Shown here: piece by piece, positions 63,381 through 64,000 of the stretch
Position numbering within the stretch: position 1 is the first letter of the stretch
How the letters are laid out: every line of letters starts with the position of its first letter
Origin: Octopus sinensis
Lineage: Eukaryota
NCBI RefSeq assembly: GCF_006345805.1
Contig: NC_043001.1
Location: 34,844,001 to 34,908,000, forward strand
Reading direction: 5' to 3'
DNA: 64,000 nucleotides
Program-made: the position numbers and the translations under genes
Notes under the pieces: model-generated
Seen by the model: only the letters and a program-made list of their open reading frames with translations
Told to the model about the DNA's origin: nothing
Databases searched by the model: none

Positions 63381-63805
63381 GGCGTTGGAGTGGCTGTGTG
63401 GTAAGTAGCTTGCTTACCAACCACATGGTTCCGGGTTCAGTCCCACTGCGTGGCACCTTGGGCAAGTGACTTCTACTATAGCCTCGGGCCGACCAAAGCC
63501 TTGTGAGTGGATTTGGTAGACGGAAACTGAAAGAAACCCGTCGTATATATGTATATATATACATATATATGTATGTGTTTGTATATGTTTGTTGTATGTC
63601 TGTGCTTGTCCCTCCAGCATCGCTTGACAACCGATACTGGTTTGTTTATATCCCCGTAAATTAGCGGTTCGGCAAAAGAGACCGATAGAATAAGTACTAG
63701 GCTTACAAAGAATAAGTCCTGGGGTCGAATTGCTCGACTAAAGGCGGCGCTCCAGCATGGCCGCAGTCACATTACTGAAACAAGTAAAAGAGTAACAAAG
63801 AGTAA
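63381..63805 (+). mobile_element. SINE family A, full length
   Basis: GGAGTGGCTGTGTGGTAAGTAGCTTGCTTACCAACCACATGGTTCCGGGTTCAGTCCC..CCTTGGGCAAGTG..GCTCCAGCATGGCCGCAGTC..CTGAAACAAGTAAAAGAG. Confidence 0.92.
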
Positions 63806-64000
63806 ATGGTATATTTTGAAGGAGTTATAACTTTCGTTTTCAACAAACCGAGTGACTACGTTCATGCAACTTTATTTTTTTTACGTACTACAAAGTCAAA
63901 CTAATCTACATTTATATACCAGTGATATTTACTGCACCCAACCCAAACTATTAAATCAAATACCAAAGTGCCAAAAGTTGAATTAAGTAAACATAATCAA

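Overview
This is eukaryotic, highly repetitive, AT-rich DNA with dense microsatellites and a 100-N scaffold gap at 60482-60581. The repeat content is most consistent with an octopod (cephalopod) genome; that is an inference from repeat character, not a database match. I could not confidently identify any host protein-coding gene, and almost all ORF-track entries are microsatellite read-through. The window is a transposon landscape. (1) Two related CR1-group LINEs of about 3.7-3.9 kb sit tail-to-tail at 32439-36359 (+) and 36550-40186 (-). Their reconstructed ORF1 carries an N-terminal Myb/SANT-like (trihelix-type) motif plus a CCCH zinc finger, and a 1.1-kb composite AT-rich tandem array abuts the 5' end of the + copy. 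(2) At least four SINE families are present. One shares a covarying 3' stem-loop with the LINE, and another occurs as 1-, 2- and 3-module forms with target-site duplications (TSDs). (3) There is a decayed R4/Dong-like RLE retroelement and a decayed Penelope-like element (RT thumb plus GIY-YIG). (4) Several dispersed minimal hammerhead-ribozyme-like motifs of the Penelope type occur. (5) Mariner remnants, MITEs and two long foldback palindromes are present. A few candidate small exons were noted but none could be tied to a known protein.
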